From NCBI GenBank assembly GCA_016183365.1, contig JACPES010000003.1, positions 409,154 through 473,153 on the forward strand: a DNA stretch of 64,000 nt, read 5' to 3'. Origin of the DNA: Candidatus Collierbacteria bacterium (GTDB taxonomy: Bacteria; Patescibacteriota; Microgenomatia; UBA1400; JACPES01). This document shows positions 54,374 through 63,185 of the stretch, piece after piece (within the stretch, counting starts at the first letter, position 1; each line of letters begins with the position of its first letter). Under the pieces are notes generated by a model. The model searched no databases. It saw nothing but the letters and a program-made list of their open reading frames with translations, and had not been told where the DNA came from. The position numbers and the translations under genes were made by a program.

Positions 54374-56099
54374 CAGAGTTAGAATCGTAGTTTTATTTTC
54401 GTTTTTTTGCTTCATGGCAGTGGTGGCAAGATTGTTTTATTGGCAAATAATCCGAGGCAAAGAACTGGCAGCAAAAGGCCTGGGGCAATATTTTTATACC
54501 CTGTCTTTGCCGGCCAGGCGCGGTGAAATATTGGCTGTGGATGGGTCGGTTTTAGCCGGATCAAAACCATCATATCTGCTTTACGCTTACAAACCTAATT
54601 TTTCGGGAGACTTTAAGGAGGTGTCAGTCCGGTTGGCGGATTTGTTAATGTTTGAATCAGAGAACGAAGCCTCTCCGGGGGCGAAATCTTTTGATGATAT
54701 AAAAAGTGATTTTGCAAATCAAATATTTTCTAAATTATTTAAAAAATCAGTCTGGGAGATCTTGGTAAAACGATTAGATTCTTCCCAAAAAAATGTTATA
54801 GATACTTGGCATATTCCGGGTTTGGACTTTCAGTCTTCCTGGTCCAGGTTCTATCCTGAAGCCAGTTCTGGAGCTCATATTGTGGGTTTTGTAGGGCAGG
54901 ATGCCGCCGGCCAGCCTAAGGGTTATTCCGGTTTAGAAGGATATTATGAACGGGAATTAAAAGGCCTTTCCGGCAATTTAAAACAGGAAAAAGATGTTTT
55001 CGGTAATCCGATCCTAGTGGGATCTTTTTCGGAAACTCAAGCAATATCCGGCAGGACGATTTCAACTTATATTGATAGATATGTCCAAAAGATTTTAGAG
55101 GTTGAGCTTTTGAAAGGAATGGATAAATACGGAGCCGTAGCCGGGGAAGCAGTAGTTATGGATCCAAGAAACGGAGCGATGATTGCTTCGGCTTCGTATC
55201 CTAATTACAATCCAACCGATTATTGGGAATTCGACCAGAAGTGGTTAAAAAATCCGATCATTTCCGAAGGATACGAGCCCGGCTCGACGTTTAAAACAAT
55301 AGTCATGGCGGCGGCGCTGGATAGCGAGGCGGTTGAGCCGAACACCAAATGCGATATTTGCGCAGGCCCGATTAACATCGGCCAGTATCTAATCCGGACT
55401 TGGGACGGAAAATATCACGACGGTATTGATATGACAGATACTATCGTTCATTCTGATAATACCGGAATGGTTTTTGCCGCCAGAAAGCTTGGTAAGGATA
55501 AATTGCTGGAGTATATTAAAAAATTCGGGTTCGGGAGTCTATCCGGAATAGATCTTCAGGGAGAAACCTCTCCGAACCTAAGACCGGAACTTAAGGATAT
55601 TGATCTGGCTACCATCTCTTTTGGCCAGGGAATAGCTGTGACTACTATTCAGATGTTGAGGGCGGTTGCGGCCATCGCCAATGACGGGATAATAGAAACA
55701 CCTGTTTTAGCCGAAAAAATCGGCAGTGACAGTCAAAATATGCTTTTCGTAAATAAAAAACCAGGGGAAAAGGTGATTTCTAAAGAAACCAGCGAAAAGT
55801 TAAAAGAGATGATGGTAAAAGCCGTTATCAATGGTGAAGCTAAATTCGCCGCCCCCAAAGGCTACAGAATTGCCGGTAAAACCGGTACTGCTCAAATTCC
55901 GGTGGCCGGCCATTATGATAATGAAAAAACGATTGTCAGTTTTGTCGGGTTTGCTCCGGCCGATAACCCAAAATTCGCCATGATTGTTAAATTAAGAGAA
56001 CCAACCACTTCTCCCTGGGGATCAGAAACAGCGGCGCCGTTATGGTTTAATATAGCAAAGAAGTTATTGTTGTATTGGGAGATAGATCCTGATGAATAG
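54366..56099 (+). CDS. ftsI: Peptidoglycan D,D-transpeptidase FtsI (class B PBP)
   Basis: SGSTFKT (SxxK), HSDNTG (SxN), KTGTAQ (KTG). Confidence 0.9.
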   Translation: MINRVRIVVLFSFFCFMAVVARLFYWQIIRGKELAAKGLGQYFYTLSLPARRGEILAVDGSVLAGSKPSYLLYAYKPNFSGDFKEVSVRLADLLMFESENEASPGAKSFDDIKSDFANQIFSKLFKKSVWEILVKRLDSSQKNVIDTWHIPGLDFQSSWSRFYPEASSGAHIVGFVGQDAAGQPKGYSGLEGYYERELKGLSGNLKQEKDVFGNPILVGSFSETQAISGRTISTYIDRYVQKILEVELLKGMDKYGAVAGEAVVMDPRNGAMIASASYPNYNPTDYWEFDQKWLKNPIISEGYEPGSTFKTIVMAAALDSEAVEPNTKCDICAGPINIGQYLIRTWDGKYHDGIDMTDTIVHSDNTGMVFAARKLGKDKLLEYIKKFGFGSLSGIDLQGETSPNLRPELKDIDLATISFGQGIAVTTIQMLRAVAAIANDGIIETPVLAEKIGSDSQNMLFVNKKPGEKVISKETSEKLKEMMVKAVINGEAKFAAPKGYRIAGKTGTAQIPVAGHYDNEKTIVSFVGFAPADNPKFAMIVKLREPTTSPWGSETAAPLWFNIAKKLLLYWEIDPDE

Positions 56100-56124
56100 C
56101 AGAGCTGTAGATTTGAAACAATGC

Positions 56125-56186
56125 GATCCTAATATCCGAATTCATCCGAATGATCCGAATATTCAGGATTCGTAGATTGGGATCGC
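56125..56186. repeat. Dispersed repeat family A, copy 3
   Basis: gatcctaatatccgaattcatccgaatgatccgaatattcaggattcgtagattgggatcgc. Confidence 0.8.
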
Positions 56187-56191
56187 TTATC

Positions 56192-57373
56192 ATGTTGCAA
56201 TTATTAAAAAACTATCTCTGGCATTTGCCAAAAGCGATTATCGCCAACGTCATCTACGGCTTTCCGGCTCGAAAGTTGTCTTTGATCGGAGTTACCGGGA
56301 CTAAAGGCAAGACCACAACTTCGCATTTGATATATTATCTTTTAAAAGAATCAGGGTTTAAAGTCGGCTTAATTTCAACCATCGGAGCTTTTTTATCCGG
56401 AAAAGAAATTGATACAGGGTTGCACATTACCAGTCCGGATCCGAATGAACTGCATAAATTGCTGAAGTTGGCGGTTGATTCCGGGATTAAATATGTGGTT
56501 TTGGAAGTTACTTCAAACGGTTTGGATCAATTTCGGGTGTGGGGAATTAAATTTAAAGTAGCGGTGATTACCAATATTTATCCGGATCACTTGGATTATC
56601 ACGGGACGATGGAGAAATATGTGGCTGCCAAGGCAAAAATAATCAGGCAGGCGGAGACGGTGGTGGTGGCGAAGGATTCGCCGTACTTTGAAGAAACAAA
56701 AAACAAAGAACAAAAAATAAAAAACAGGATTGTAGCTTTTGAATCTAGGGGTTCGATGGTTTCTGCCAATAGGGCAGCAGCGGTGGCGGCGGTGGAGGTC
56801 TTGGAAATTAAGTCATTTAAGGAACTTAAGAAGCTTAAGTTACTTAAGATGCTGGAGAATTTTTCCGGAGTGCCGGGGAGAATGGAAACGGTATATGACA
56901 AAGAGTTTAAAGTAGTGATTGATTTTGCCCATACGCCGGAGAGTTTGGCGGCGGCTTTAGGGGAGTTGAGAAAGTTGGTTAAGAAAAATGGGCGATTGAT
57001 TGCGGTACTGGGCTGTGCCGGAGAGAGAGATCATGGTAGGAGGAGAATGGGAGAAGTGGCGGCGAAGATGGCTGATTTTTTTGTGATTACGGCCGAAGAC
57101 CCGAGAACCGAAAATGTTGAGGAGATATCAAAAGAGATTGCCGGCTATGCAATTCAAGCGGGAGCGGTGGAAGGGAAAAATTTTATCCGCATTTCCGACC
57201 GGCAGGAAGCGATAAATTTTGCTATTGCTAATGCTAAATCCGGCGATGCGATAGGATTGTTTGGTAAAGGACACGAAAAAAGCATGTGCTACGGAAAAAC
57301 AGAACGGCCGTGGAGTGAACATGAAGCGGTCCAAAAGGCTTTAAAAATATGTGCGGAATCTTTGGATATATAG
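56192..57373 (+). CDS. murE: Mur ligase (MurE by dcw-cluster position), lacking the canonical N-terminal domain
   Basis: GVTGTKGKTTTSH P-loop, DNPD-like central domain, C-terminal GCAGERD...GKG; start at the ATG at 56192, because the ORF-track N-terminus is encoded by a family A repeat. Confidence 0.7.
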   Translation: MLQLLKNYLWHLPKAIIANVIYGFPARKLSLIGVTGTKGKTTTSHLIYYLLKESGFKVGLISTIGAFLSGKEIDTGLHITSPDPNELHKLLKLAVDSGIKYVVLEVTSNGLDQFRVWGIKFKVAVITNIYPDHLDYHGTMEKYVAAKAKIIRQAETVVVAKDSPYFEETKNKEQKIKNRIVAFESRGSMVSANRAAAVAAVEVLEIKSFKELKKLKLLKMLENFSGVPGRMETVYDKEFKVVIDFAHTPESLAAALGELRKLVKKNGRLIAVLGCAGERDHGRRRMGEVAAKMADFFVITAEDPRTENVEEISKEIAGYAIQAGAVEGKNFIRISDRQEAINFAIANAKSGDAIGLFGKGHEKSMCYGKTERPWSEHEAVQKALKICAESLDI

Positions 57374-59181
57374 GTAAAGATAAGAAGCCTGCCTCCTTAA
57401 TATTAGAAGGTTTAAAATCGCTGGAATATCGCGGATATGACTCATGGGGCATTGTGGTGATTTCCAATGGAATACTAAAGCGTGAACGCCACGTGGGAAA
57501 GATTGGCGAGGCGAAAACGGTTTTACCTCAAACCACCACCGGAATGGGTCATACCCGTTGGGCAACACATGGCGGAGTGACGGTAATAAACGCTCATCCG
57601 CACTTCGACTGCTCGGAAAAATTCGCGGTGATCCACAACGGCATCATCGAAAATGAGCGGGCACTACGGCGCGCTTTAATCAAAAAAGGGCATAAATTTT
57701 CCTCTCAAACCGACACCGAGACGATTGTCCATTTGCTAGAAGAAGTCAGCAAGAATAATAAAAAAAATAATTTAAGTTTAGTTGATCAAGTTAGATTGGC
57801 AACTTCAAAATTAGAAGGCGCTTTCGCGATTGGAGTAATCGATAGAGACAGGCCGGAGGAAAGTGTTTTGGCTCGTTTTGGCGGGCCGTTGGTGGTAGGA
57901 ATAACTGATGGATATAAGTTGTTTGCCTCTGACCCCACCGCTCTTTTGCCTTTTACCAAAAATGTGATCTATCTTAAAGATAGAGAAATTGCCTGGATCA
58001 CTCCAAATAAAGTTGAGATCCGTTCTTTTGAAAACCACCTCAAGCGGTCTAAAATTCACGTTTTGGACTGGGATGTGGAAGAATCTAAAAAAGGCGGATA
58101 CCCCCATTTTATGTTAAAGGAAATCATGGAACAGCCGCTGTCATTGACCGATACCATGCGAGGCAGGATTAGGGATGGAGGTCTGGTAAAGTTGGGCGGG
58201 TTGGAGTCGGTAAAGGAACAATTGAGAGATATTGACTTTATCCGTTTTATTGCCTGCGGAACGGCTTCTTACGCCGGGCTATATGGCGCCAGCGTGATCC
58301 AAGAGTTGACTTCGGTTACCGCTGACGTGGAAATTGCTTCAGAATTTAATTATGGAAGTTTTAATTGGCCGGATCGATCGGCTGCTTGGTTTATCAGCCA
58401 ATCCGGAGAGACGGCGGACGTGTTAAAAGCGGTTGACCGAGTGAAAAGAGAGAAAATCTTGTCGTTGGGACTCGTAAACATGGTTGGCAGCTCGACGGCT
58501 CAAGCCACAACAGCCGGAGTATATCTGCACGCCGGGCCGGAAATCGGAGTAGCTTCTACCAAGGTTTTTACCTCCCAGATGATCTCGTTACTAATGATTG
58601 CTTGTTGGTTGGCGCAACTTAGAGGAGAAGGAGAAAAATCGCGTCAGGTCGCCAAACAAATGGCGTTGTTGTCGAAACTATTGTCGGCGGTATTAAATTC
58701 CAGGCAGGTTTTAAAAGAGATTGCCCGAGAGTTGGTGTCTAAATCCCAGATTTTTTTCTTGGGGCGGGGAAGGAATTATCCACTGGCTCTGGAAGGGGCT
58801 CTGAAACTTCGCGAGGTAGCCTATATTGATACTGTGGGTATGCCCACCGGTGAGTTAAAACACGGAGCCATAGCTGCCATGGATAAAGATAGGCCGGCAA
58901 TAATATTTGCTCCTTCCGATGGAATGGAAATGAAGAACCGCTCCAGTGTCCAGGAACTTAAAGCCAGGGATATTCCGGTGTATGTCATGACCGATAAATC
59001 CGGTAGAAAAAAATTTACTGATGTAGCTGATAGGATGTTTGTTATTCCCGATGTCCACCCGATATTGCAGCCGATTTTACTGGCGCCAATAGTGCAGATT
59101 TTGGCTTACGAGGCCGGAGTTCTATTGGATCGGTCGATTGACAAACCGCGGAATTTGGCTAAAAGCGTGACGGTAGAATGA
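57349..59181 (+). CDS. glmS: Glutamine--fructose-6-phosphate aminotransferase (isomerizing) GlmS
   Basis: MCGIFGYIG N-terminal nucleophile, two SIS domains, C-terminal KSVTVE. Confidence 0.95.
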   Translation: MCGIFGYIGKDKKPASLILEGLKSLEYRGYDSWGIVVISNGILKRERHVGKIGEAKTVLPQTTTGMGHTRWATHGGVTVINAHPHFDCSEKFAVIHNGIIENERALRRALIKKGHKFSSQTDTETIVHLLEEVSKNNKKNNLSLVDQVRLATSKLEGAFAIGVIDRDRPEESVLARFGGPLVVGITDGYKLFASDPTALLPFTKNVIYLKDREIAWITPNKVEIRSFENHLKRSKIHVLDWDVEESKKGGYPHFMLKEIMEQPLSLTDTMRGRIRDGGLVKLGGLESVKEQLRDIDFIRFIACGTASYAGLYGASVIQELTSVTADVEIASEFNYGSFNWPDRSAAWFISQSGETADVLKAVDRVKREKILSLGLVNMVGSSTAQATTAGVYLHAGPEIGVASTKVFTSQMISLLMIACWLAQLRGEGEKSRQVAKQMALLSKLLSAVLNSRQVLKEIARELVSKSQIFFLGRGRNYPLALEGALKLREVAYIDTVGMPTGELKHGAIAAMDKDRPAIIFAPSDGMEMKNRSSVQELKARDIPVYVMTDKSGRKKFTDVADRMFVIPDVHPILQPILLAPIVQILAYEAGVLLDRSIDKPRNLAKSVTVE

Positions 59182-59218
59182 AAATTCAAAAGTCAAAACT
59201 ACAGCGTAAAGCTTAAAA

Positions 59219-59548
59219 CTAGATGTTAATTTTGACCATATTCCTGAACGTTACTGGCGCAGTTTCTAGCGGTCCAATAAATCGTGGATAGAGTCCGGTT
59301 GCCGAGAGATTAACTACAGTATCTTCTATTAAGAGAGCTTTATGATGAATTGCGCCAACAGGATTTGGGTGTTCCAAGACAAAAATCTTGGCATTTGGAT
59401 CTACAGAACGCGCTGCCAAAATCATTTTAGCGACGGTTGCATCACAAAATCCCGGTGTCTCGATAGTTTCATCGCTTAAAGCCAGCTTTCTAATTGCTTC
59501 GATGGCTGCTTGACTCATATTGGGTGGAATTATATCTGTTTCTTGCAA
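59219..59548 (-). CDS. Hypothetical protein
   Basis: 109-aa ORF, convergent with glmS; no motif recognised. Confidence 0.3.
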   Translation of the reverse strand: MQETDIIPPNMSQAAIEAIRKLALSDETIETPGFCDATVAKMILAARSVDPNAKIFVLEHPNPVGAIHHKALLIEDTVVNLSATGLYPRFIGPLETAPVTFRNMVKINI

Positions 59549-59585
59549 TTAAGTTTTTCATGTGGTATACCCGCTAATATAAGTT

Positions 59586-60362
59586 ATGAGAATACTCTCG
59601 CATCCCGAAATCGCTCGCATTGAGAGTTGGGAGTCTATTGATCTGGTGGCAGTCGCCGCAGCTAATGTTATTCTTGAATCTGTCCGGGAGGATCCTGAAG
59701 CCATGATTACGTACGCAACCGGTAATACGATGGTCTCGGTATATGAGGCTACCGAGACTATTGTCAATAAGACTGACATTCCATTTCATAGAACCCGCGC
59801 GGCACATCTTGACGAATACTGGCCAGCTAATCCTGATCTTGATGAATTCAGTTTCGTGCGATACCTGCGAAACCGCGTTTTCAAGCCGCTTCAGATTCCG
59901 TTAGGACAAAGATTTGAAATAGATGGCACTGCAGCCGATCCTAGTGAAGAAGCTCTGCGGTATAACGAGGTGCTGTCGCGAAATCCGGTGGCGCTGGCCA
60001 TTCTTGGTATCGGTCCCGGAGGACACATTGGATTTAATGAACGGGGAACCTCATTTGCCCAAAAGACTCATTTTACTCGGCTTTCCCAAGAAACTATCGA
60101 TCGTGATCATGTAGAACGTGGTTTATCAACGCCGGAAAATGTTATTACACAAGGCATTGCGAACATTATAGAGGCGCAAAGAATTCTAATGGTAGCTTTT
60201 GGAGCAAAAAAAGGCGGATATCTCCATGAAGCGCTTTATGAGCCAATTACATTCGAGTGCCCGGCATCTGTCCTTCGTATTGTTGGAAAGAAAGTAATAA
60301 TTATTATTGATGAGGCTGCGGCTGCAGAATTAGAGAAGAATAGAATTTCCATGACTAGTTGA
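59586..60362 (+). CDS. nagB: Glucosamine-6-phosphate deaminase / 6-phosphogluconolactonase family protein (NagB-like)
   Basis: ILGIGPGGHIGFNE matches the GIGxDGHxAFNEP active-site block. Confidence 0.65.
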   Translation: MRILSHPEIARIESWESIDLVAVAAANVILESVREDPEAMITYATGNTMVSVYEATETIVNKTDIPFHRTRAAHLDEYWPANPDLDEFSFVRYLRNRVFKPLQIPLGQRFEIDGTAADPSEEALRYNEVLSRNPVALAILGIGPGGHIGFNERGTSFAQKTHFTRLSQETIDRDHVERGLSTPENVITQGIANIIEAQRILMVAFGAKKGGYLHEALYEPITFECPASVLRIVGKKVIIIIDEAAAAELEKNRISMTS

Positions 60363-60384
60363 GTGGTATCATATCCCTTACCTC

Positions 60385-61383
60385 ATGAAAAAAGTCGTAG
60401 TCATTGGCGGCGGGACGGGGACGTTTGTGGTGCTGTCGGCGTTGAAAGCGCTGTCAAACGTTGATTTGACGGCGATAGTGACGGTGGCGGATTCGGGAGG
60501 ATCCACCAAACGACTGCGGGACGAATTTGGGTTTTTGGCGGTGGGAGATTTAAGGCAAGCGTTAGCGGCGTTTACAGAGGAGCAGGGAAGAGGCGGAGAC
60601 GACAATCAAAATTGGATTAAAAATTTACTGCTATACCGGTTTTCCAAAGGAAACGGATTAGAGGGGCATAATTTGGGGAATTTGATTTTGACCGCGCTTC
60701 AGGATATGACCGGATCAACTGCAAAGGCGATTGAAGTAGCTTCTAAAATTTTTAGGCTTCAGGGTCATATTTTTCCGATTACGACTAAAAACATTCAACT
60801 TGTAGTTGAATACAACGATGGAACAGTAGAAATTGGCGAACATAATCTTGACGACGACAAGCACGGCGGCGATAAAGTGGTGTCGGTGAAAACTTCTCCG
60901 CGAGCTAAAATCTATGTCAAGGCCGGACAAGCCGTTGAGTCGGCCAATGCCATCATCATCGGCCCGGGCGATTTATACGGCAGCATCATGCCAAATCTGG
61001 TAGTGGACGGGGCGGCGATGGCGATCAAAAGATCAAAAGCGAAGTTGGTTTCGATCATGAATCTAATGACGAGATATACTCAAACTCACAATCTGTCCGT
61101 AAAAGACCATCTTGAGGTTATAGAAAGACAAATTGGGAAAAGATTCGATACAGTCGTCGTCAATAATGCTAAAATTTCTGATGAGATTTTAGCGGCTTAT
61201 AAAAATCAGCACGAATATCCGGTGAAAGACGATCTGGATAACTCCCGGCAGATTATCAGGACGCCGCTGATTAAAACTGCCCTAGTCAAACAGCTTCACT
61301 CGGATGCTGTCCGACGGAGTTATTTGCGTCACGACCCGATAAAATTATCTAAGATTATGAAAAAAATTATTTATGAATCCTGA
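60385..61383 (+). CDS. YvcK/CofD-family (UPF0052) gluconeogenesis factor / UDP-sugar-binding protein
   Basis: VVVIGGGTGTFVVLSALK ... AIVTVADSGGSTKRLRDEFG ... GDLRQALAA. Confidence 0.8.
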   Translation: MKKVVVIGGGTGTFVVLSALKALSNVDLTAIVTVADSGGSTKRLRDEFGFLAVGDLRQALAAFTEEQGRGGDDNQNWIKNLLLYRFSKGNGLEGHNLGNLILTALQDMTGSTAKAIEVASKIFRLQGHIFPITTKNIQLVVEYNDGTVEIGEHNLDDDKHGGDKVVSVKTSPRAKIYVKAGQAVESANAIIIGPGDLYGSIMPNLVVDGAAMAIKRSKAKLVSIMNLMTRYTQTHNLSVKDHLEVIERQIGKRFDTVVVNNAKISDEILAAYKNQHEYPVKDDLDNSRQIIRTPLIKTALVKQLHSDAVRRSYLRHDPIKLSKIMKKIIYES

Positions 61384-62119
61384 ATTTGCAGCTGTAATTT
61401 TGGCCGCCGGAGAAGGAACCAGGATAAAGGCTCGGCGGAAAAATAAAGTGGTCTATTTATTGGCCGGAAAACCCATGATTTGGTACAGCGTTCAAACTAT
61501 CCGGAAAACCGGCATCAAAAAAATTATAGCGGTAGTCAAATTTTGGGCAGCGTCGGTGAAAAAAGCTTTGGGAAAGTCGGTGGAATATGCGACTCAAGGC
61601 GAAAAAAAAGGCACAGCGGCGGCGCTGGAAGTCGGGATAAAAGTTTTACGATCTCCAATCAAATATGTTTTAGTCATGTACGGCGACGATTCGGCGTTTT
61701 ACACCCCGGAGCTGTTGAAATTCATCATTAACCAGCATCAAAAACATCGGGCCGAGGTAACCGTTTTATCAATCAAAGTGACTGACCCGACCGGGTTAGG
61801 CAGAGTTGTCCGGGGCTCCGATGGTCAGATTACCAAGATTATCGAGGAAAAAGTCGCCACAGAAGAGGAAAAGAAAATTAAAGAGATTAATACCGGTTGT
61901 TATTGCTTTAATCTGGGATTTTTGCGTCAATATTTGCCGAAAATTGAAATTAATCCAACCAGCCAAGAATATTATCTGACGGATATCGTGGATGTGGCTT
62001 TGCGGAATGGGCGGAAAGTTTATGTGTGTTTATATCCGGATTCAACTATTTGGCATGGGATTAATGATCGGTCGCAATGGGCCAAGGCCAGGTTGCTTAA
62101 AATTAAACAAGGTAAATGA
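61373..62119 (+). CDS. Sugar-phosphate nucleotidyltransferase (GlmU N-terminal-domain-like, no acetyltransferase domain)
   Basis: AVILAAGEGTRIKARRKNKV, YGDD, GT-A-like pyrophosphorylase fold; 248 aa. Confidence 0.65.
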   Translation: MNPEFAAVILAAGEGTRIKARRKNKVVYLLAGKPMIWYSVQTIRKTGIKKIIAVVKFWAASVKKALGKSVEYATQGEKKGTAAALEVGIKVLRSPIKYVLVMYGDDSAFYTPELLKFIINQHQKHRAEVTVLSIKVTDPTGLGRVVRGSDGQITKIIEEKVATEEEKKIKEINTGCYCFNLGFLRQYLPKIEINPTSQEYYLTDIVDVALRNGRKVYVCLYPDSTIWHGINDRSQWAKARLLKIKQGK

Positions 62120-62231
62120 AAGTTACCGGTTTACCGCTTAATTTAAAATTTAACCCTGCTAGGCCCTAGTCATTGCTTGATGATCTTGAAAAGATATTCG
62201 TGAAACTAAATAAGCCTAAAATTTCCCAGTC

Positions 62232-62310
62232 GGGGGCGGTGATTGAGAATGGAGCAAAAACGATGCCGGGGAAAATAGTAAAATGAATCATGCGAACTAC
62301 AGTATAATTA
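62232..62310 (+). promoter_or_regulatory. Promoter-bearing direct repeat R1 upstream of the HEPN/MNT cassette
   Basis: ...gattgagaatggagcaaaaacgatgccggggaaaatagtaaaatgaatcatgcgaactacagtataat; the TATAAT box ends 6 nt before the ATG (leaderless candidate). Confidence 0.5.
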
Positions 62311-62314
62311 TTCT

Positions 62315-62701
62315 ATGACAGACGAAGAACTTATTCAATACTGGAAGAAAAGCGCTGAAGACGCACTTAGTACCGCCCAAGAACTCAATAAGCCCGGCAA
62401 GTATCATCACAGTCTTTTTTTTCTCCATTTAGCGATAGAGAAAATTCTTAAAGCAGCATATGTCAAGAAGCGCGGCGAAACGCCTCCCCCGATACACGAC
62501 CTCGTTCGGCTTGCAGAAGGGGCTGGATTGCCAATGGTTCAAGATTACACGAAAAAGCTTGTAGAAATTTCCTCATTTAATATTTCAGCTCGATACGATG
62601 ATTATAAACAGCAATTCTACAAAAAAGCCAATGCGGAATACGCGCAGAAATGGTTGGACATTGGAAAGAACATTCTTGAAGAAGTGGAGCGCTCATTATG
62701 A
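62315..62701 (+). CDS. HEPN-domain protein (toxin-antitoxin component)
   Basis: 128-aa all-helical protein; pairs with the MNT gene via a 4-bp overlap. Confidence 0.7.
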   Translation: MTDEELIQYWKKSAEDALSTAQELNKPGKYHHSLFFLHLAIEKILKAAYVKKRGETPPPIHDLVRLAEGAGLPMVQDYTKKLVEISSFNISARYDDYKQQFYKKANAEYAQKWLDIGKNILEEVERSL

Positions 62702-63009
62702 ATGATGTACAGACTGTAGTCCGCAACTTTGCTCAAAAGGTTTCCTTGTCTGGAGTTCCTGTATCGGACGCCATTCTTTTTGGATCTTGGGCTAAAGGTA
62801 CTGCGACGCCAGACAGTGATATCGACGTGTGTATTGTATCCCCAAATCTCGGGAAAGATTGGGTTTCGGAAGTGGTCTCTTTAAGACAATTGGCGCTTGG
62901 GATTGACAGTCGGATTGAGCCGATTCCTCTTAATCCGCAGGATATGCTGGATAAGTTCCATCCGCTCGCCAACGAAATTAACAAATTCGGAATAAGAGTT
63001 TCTCTATAA
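62698..63009 (+). CDS. Minimal nucleotidyltransferase (MNT) antitoxin partner
   Basis: GSWAKGTATPDSDIDVCIV (GS...DxD Pol-beta-type NTase motif). Confidence 0.8.
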   Translation: MNDVQTVVRNFAQKVSLSGVPVSDAILFGSWAKGTATPDSDIDVCIVSPNLGKDWVSEVVSLRQLALGIDSRIEPIPLNPQDMLDKFHPLANEINKFGIRVSL

Positions 63010-63019
63010 ATGCGGCGAC

Positions 63020-63105
63020 AATGCCGGGAACCTTGATTGAAAATGGAGCAGTGGTGATGCCAGGGGAAATTGTGAATGGAGTTGTGCCGACTACGCTATA
63101 ATCAT
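63020..63105 (+). promoter_or_regulatory. Direct repeat R2 (about 70 percent identical to R1), followed by a partial R3 at 63113..63180
   Basis: aatgccgggaaccttgattgaaaatggagcagtggtgatgccaggggaaattgtgaatggagttgtgccgactacgctataatc. Confidence 0.5.
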
Positions 63106-63185
63106 TCCACTGCGGCGCCATGCCGGGGAAAGTGGTGGTCGGTGTTGTGAATGAAAATGTTAGACTATGATTGATGGGGGAATCA

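Noticed and set aside
57349..57400. glmS ribozyme upstream of glmS
   Set aside because: glmS overlaps the 3-prime end of murE by 25 bp, so there is no 5-prime UTR to hold a ribozyme.
62232..63180. Direct repeats flanking the HEPN/MNT pair as CRISPR repeats or integron attC sites
   Set aside because: There are only two and a half copies, about 70 percent identical, each holding a -10-like TATAAT near a start codon. No integrase gene is present. Better explained as duplicated promoter/leader modules.
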